NCBI RefSeq assembly: GCF_000315625.1
Contig: NW_005434670.1
Coordinates: 1,070,258 to 1,134,257 of the forward strand
DNA: 64,000 nucleotides
Direction of reading: 5' to 3'
Origin: Guillardia theta CCMP2712
Lineage: Eukaryota; Protista; Cryptophyta
The stretch's first letter is position 1; every line of letters begins with the position of its first letter. Shown one piece after another: positions 60,715-64,000 of this stretch. A model generated the notes under the pieces. That model did not search any database. It was not told the DNA's origin and worked only from the letters and a program-made list of their open reading frames with translations. Position numbers and translations under genes: made by a program.

Positions 60715-61339
60715 TGTGTAGAATGGCTCCGATTCCTCTTTGAGCAAGAGATGATCCGACTCTGGAGAAGGGAGCAGGGCAGATGCGGAGGAAGGATTGA
60801 TGAAACAAGGATCTCAAGGAAGCAACATTTGAACTGGCCGACATTCAAAGATACATCAACAGCATTCACGACGATGAATCATGACTTGCTCAACTTCATC
60901 TCAATCTCTTCCCAGCCCTGTCTTCGTCCGACCCTCACCAGGCAACCTAATGGTCAAACCGGACGCCCTGCATAATTTGCACACCCCCTACCCCATGGTT
61001 GCCCCTGGGAATCACCCCTTCCGTCCTTTCTACTGGCAATCATGACCCCCCCCACCCACCCCTTTCAGGCTGGTTTTTGTTCAGCCTGGCACTGTTGCTA
61101 CTGTTTGCATCTGGCCGGGGCCAACGCCCGGTGGCCCGCCAACTTCGGACCCCGGGCAGGCTCAGCTCCCCCCGCCGGGGGCCGCGTGCGATCACTCGGA
61201 CAGCGTTGGAGTTGAAGAGTCCGATCGGATGATTGCCGCCACTAAACTGTGTTAATTTTTTGTTATGATTGAGTATATCTTCCACTGTATTCTTTAGGCT
61301 GCCGAAATCGAAAAGCAATTCAATCAGGAGAGTCGCAAC

Positions 61340-63205
61340 ATGGGCGATGAAGACGACGTCGAAATGGACGAATCTGACTGCGAAGATGAAGATTCGATGA
61401 GCGAAGAGAGCTTCGATTCCGACTACTACCCTGGAAAGGTGGGCTGTGGCTTCTTCAAGCGGGACCGTCCGGCGATGACCAGGCGGGCCGTACCGTACGG
61501 CGCCGGTACGGTCACCATAGAATATCTGAGGCGGACTAGACTGTATTACAATGAGTAAAAGATTGGCTAGAAGACAGGCGACATGCAGACGTCATCTGGC
61601 GTTGTAGTGCTCAGCTTGTCGAACGATCTCTTCTCTCCGTGTGCTTGAGGTCTTGAAAGAGTTCTTGTCTTAGATTGCACTGCGATCATTCCATACTCTT
61701 CTTCCATCTTCTCATTCGCTCATGTTTTGACCGAGAATATCGGATTTCTCGCGAAAACCTTGCATGACGAAGTTTGTGCTCTTCAATCTCTTCTTCATTG
61801 TCGCTCTCTTGAACGGTATTGCCTTACTCCCATGTTCGTGCATCAGACTTTGTTGATCAGGGACGAGCGGCAATGACAGCCACGATGACCCCTTTGCGGG
61901 AGAGGGAAGCGCAACCAGACAAGGGGTAGATGACTGGAGCACGCAGCAGGTTTGACTTCACCGTCTTCCTCTCCATCATGTGAGCTCATCAAACAATTTG
62001 GAGGTGTCGCACTGGCTAAGGAAAGAGGGAATCGAACCCTGGAACGAACAGGAATACTTCTTGCACCTGAAAGAGCATGAGATCGATGGTTACATGCTGT
62101 TGTCGCTGAAAGAAGAAGATATGCTACATGTCCTTGATCCTAGAATGAAGCAGGAAAGACCAGGTAGACTCTTCACGACTGACTTTACTCCTGTGATGTT
62201 TCTTCGCTCATCCCGAGCAGATGAGTTCGATCGGAATCTCTTACGGCTCAAGACTAGTCTCGGGGAGTTGAAGGAGGCGATTGCATATAACCCGATCAGT
62301 TTCTGGGAGTATCGCATCGCTCACAGGAGAAACTCTGCCTTCTTTTTGGTGACTGCCGTGCCTCTCAGATTGTTCCTACAGGTGGACTGTACGATCTGAC
62401 GACGTGGAAACAGATCGGCCTGTGCATAGGTCCTCGAGTAACGCTGTTGTACCTGATGTTCTTTGAGAAGCGCGTTTTCCTTCTTCTGTTGGGCAATCAG
62501 GGGTGAGCCTGTTGATTTTCAGTCTCTTGTTAGAATTGATTTCATGCGTCCAGTCTTTCTGTTCTCTCTCTGCTCCTGATCCTTATCTTCCCGAATCTTG
62601 CCATTGGTCTACATCTCAGGTTAGTTTGATTGCTTAGAATTCTACCAAACATGATCAAGTTCTCAGTCAAGTCTGGAGGCATTTTCCTTTCGTCATCGTG
62701 CTTCTCAGCGTCTCTCACTTGCTCGTCTTCCTTGGAAACTTGTATAACGATGCCTCCATGGGATTCTCAAGTGTGTCATGACAACTTTTCAGAGGTCTGT
62801 TAATAATTGGGCGCAGGCAATGTAGTCAAAGAAGCTTTGAAAGCTGATCTACTTCGCTGTGGCATTCTTCTCGCTCTCTACGTAACTCTCATGAACTCTG
62901 TGTGGTGGCTCATCGATCTGTATGTGTGCATTGCTATCATCTACCAGGAAAGATGGTTTGCTTGCTTCTGCTAGGGTTGACTGTCTGTCCATCAGGTCAT
63001 ACAGGGTATAATTATGGCGCAATTTCTCCGACGAACAGTAGACCTTTCACAGTTTTATCATGAGCTCAGGGTGTTGGTAATAGCTTTCTCATTCAAGTGT
63101 TCGCCCCTGACTCTGTTTATAGAAGGGTATTCTCCTGTCAGCCAACACCAGGCTGTCACGAAAGATTCTGTCGAAGAAGAAGTGAAGGGTCATCTGACAT
63201 GTTAA
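61340..63205 (+). CDS. SAM-domain multi-pass membrane protein, BFAR (bifunctional apoptosis regulator)-like; exon structure approximate
   Basis: Spliced VDDWSTQQ|VSHWLRKEGIEPW..EYFLHLKEHEIDGYMLLSLKEEDM (SAM), then NPISFWEYRIAHRRNSAFFL|IGLCIGPRVTLLYLMFF resembling recalled BFAR PQNLWEYKAVNPGRSLFLLYALKSSPRLSLLYLYLF; further hydrophobic exons follow. Confidence 0.65.
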
Positions 63206-63230
63206 TTCTGAATACATGCGTTAAGAACAG

Positions 63231-64000
63231 CTAGCTAGAAGGGGCTTCATCGGGCTTCCAAGGCGTCCCGTCAGACGTTTGCAGGTCCGACAAGTCCAGC
63301 TGGACTGAGACGAATTCCTCGTCCTTGGCCAGCCTCTTGAGTGCCTGTTCCTGGTACGCAGGGCTCGTAGCAGCAAGCACGAGGTTGGATGCAATGTGTT
63401 GCGAGTCGACTTTGAGGGACCAGGAGCCTGGAAACATCTCCTCCATGCCTTCACGGATGTCGTCCTCCATCACCTGCCCTCGGTCACTCTCGCTCGCGCA
63501 CTCCACCCTCAACCTGACACAGCGTCCAAAAGAAGTTGGCTCCCAGCGCGTGATCGCGGGCGATCATGTCTTGCACAGCAAGCGGCGGAAGCTCCAGGAT
63601 CACAGCTTTCTCTGTGGCTGTGGCGACGAATCGACCGGAAACCTGAAAGTCGTCAGGTCGAAAGCTCGAACGCGCGACTGACCGTCTGCTCCACGAATTC
63701 AGTCGAGCCAAAACACCAGCCATCAAGGATTCTCCTGAAGACGCTCCCATCCCTTGTGAGCTTGATGCTCCCAGTCCGGACGACAAAGAGAGAGTCTGTT
63801 GTGGACCCTTCCTTCAAGACCTGCCCTTTCCTTAGCTGGTGGACTCTTGCACACTTCTCGAAGATTCTTGTCATGTGCGGCCTATCGAAAGGCCTTTCCC
63901 TCTGCCTCTCCCGCAGTTCTTTTCCTCTCTTGCAAAGATTCAGGAGGAGGGAGTAGATTTGCTGCAGGCGATGCTCGCCATGGAAAGTCAAGTCCATCTC
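63231..64000 (-). CDS. Cyclic-nucleotide-binding (CAP_ED/cNMP) domain protein, 3' part only
   Basis: LRKGQVLKEGSTTDSLFVVRTGSIKL...ILDGWCFGSTEF|...FVATATEKAVILEL is a typical cNMP beta-roll; the gene continues beyond the window. Confidence 0.8.

Overview
Eukaryotic nuclear DNA: gene-dense, with many short (~45-60 nt) GT-AG introns, intronic microsatellites and one 100-N gap (15696-15795). The style suggests a cryptophyte alga such as Guillardia theta, but that is inference. The supplied ORF track mostly shows exon fragments and antisense shadows. Main content: (1) a ~3.1-kb inverted duplication (735-3850 / 6534-9649) holding two intact head-to-head copies of a receptor-like gene with a degenerate TIR-like region, a SAM-like region, ~6 TM helices and a RelA/SpoT-like nucleotidyltransferase domain; the copies differ mainly in the membrane part; (2) METTL21-type methyltransferase, SNAPC1-like, ARMH3/C10orf76-like and ENY2 genes; (3) an RRM protein that looks like two fused DBHS (NONO/SFPQ-type) modules; (4) a very large USP9/24/34-type deubiquitinase with an NZF finger inside its catalytic domain; (5) a ~15.7-kb gene for a giant secreted protein with ~16 PA14 domains alternating with filamin-type repeats; (6) a Cys-rich type I membrane protein, a BFAR-like SAM/TM protein and a partial cNMP-binding protein; (7) recurring GC-rich, palindrome-dense intergenic islands. 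No tRNA, rRNA, CRISPR array or transposase was recognised. All family calls come from motif recognition by eye, with no database searches.
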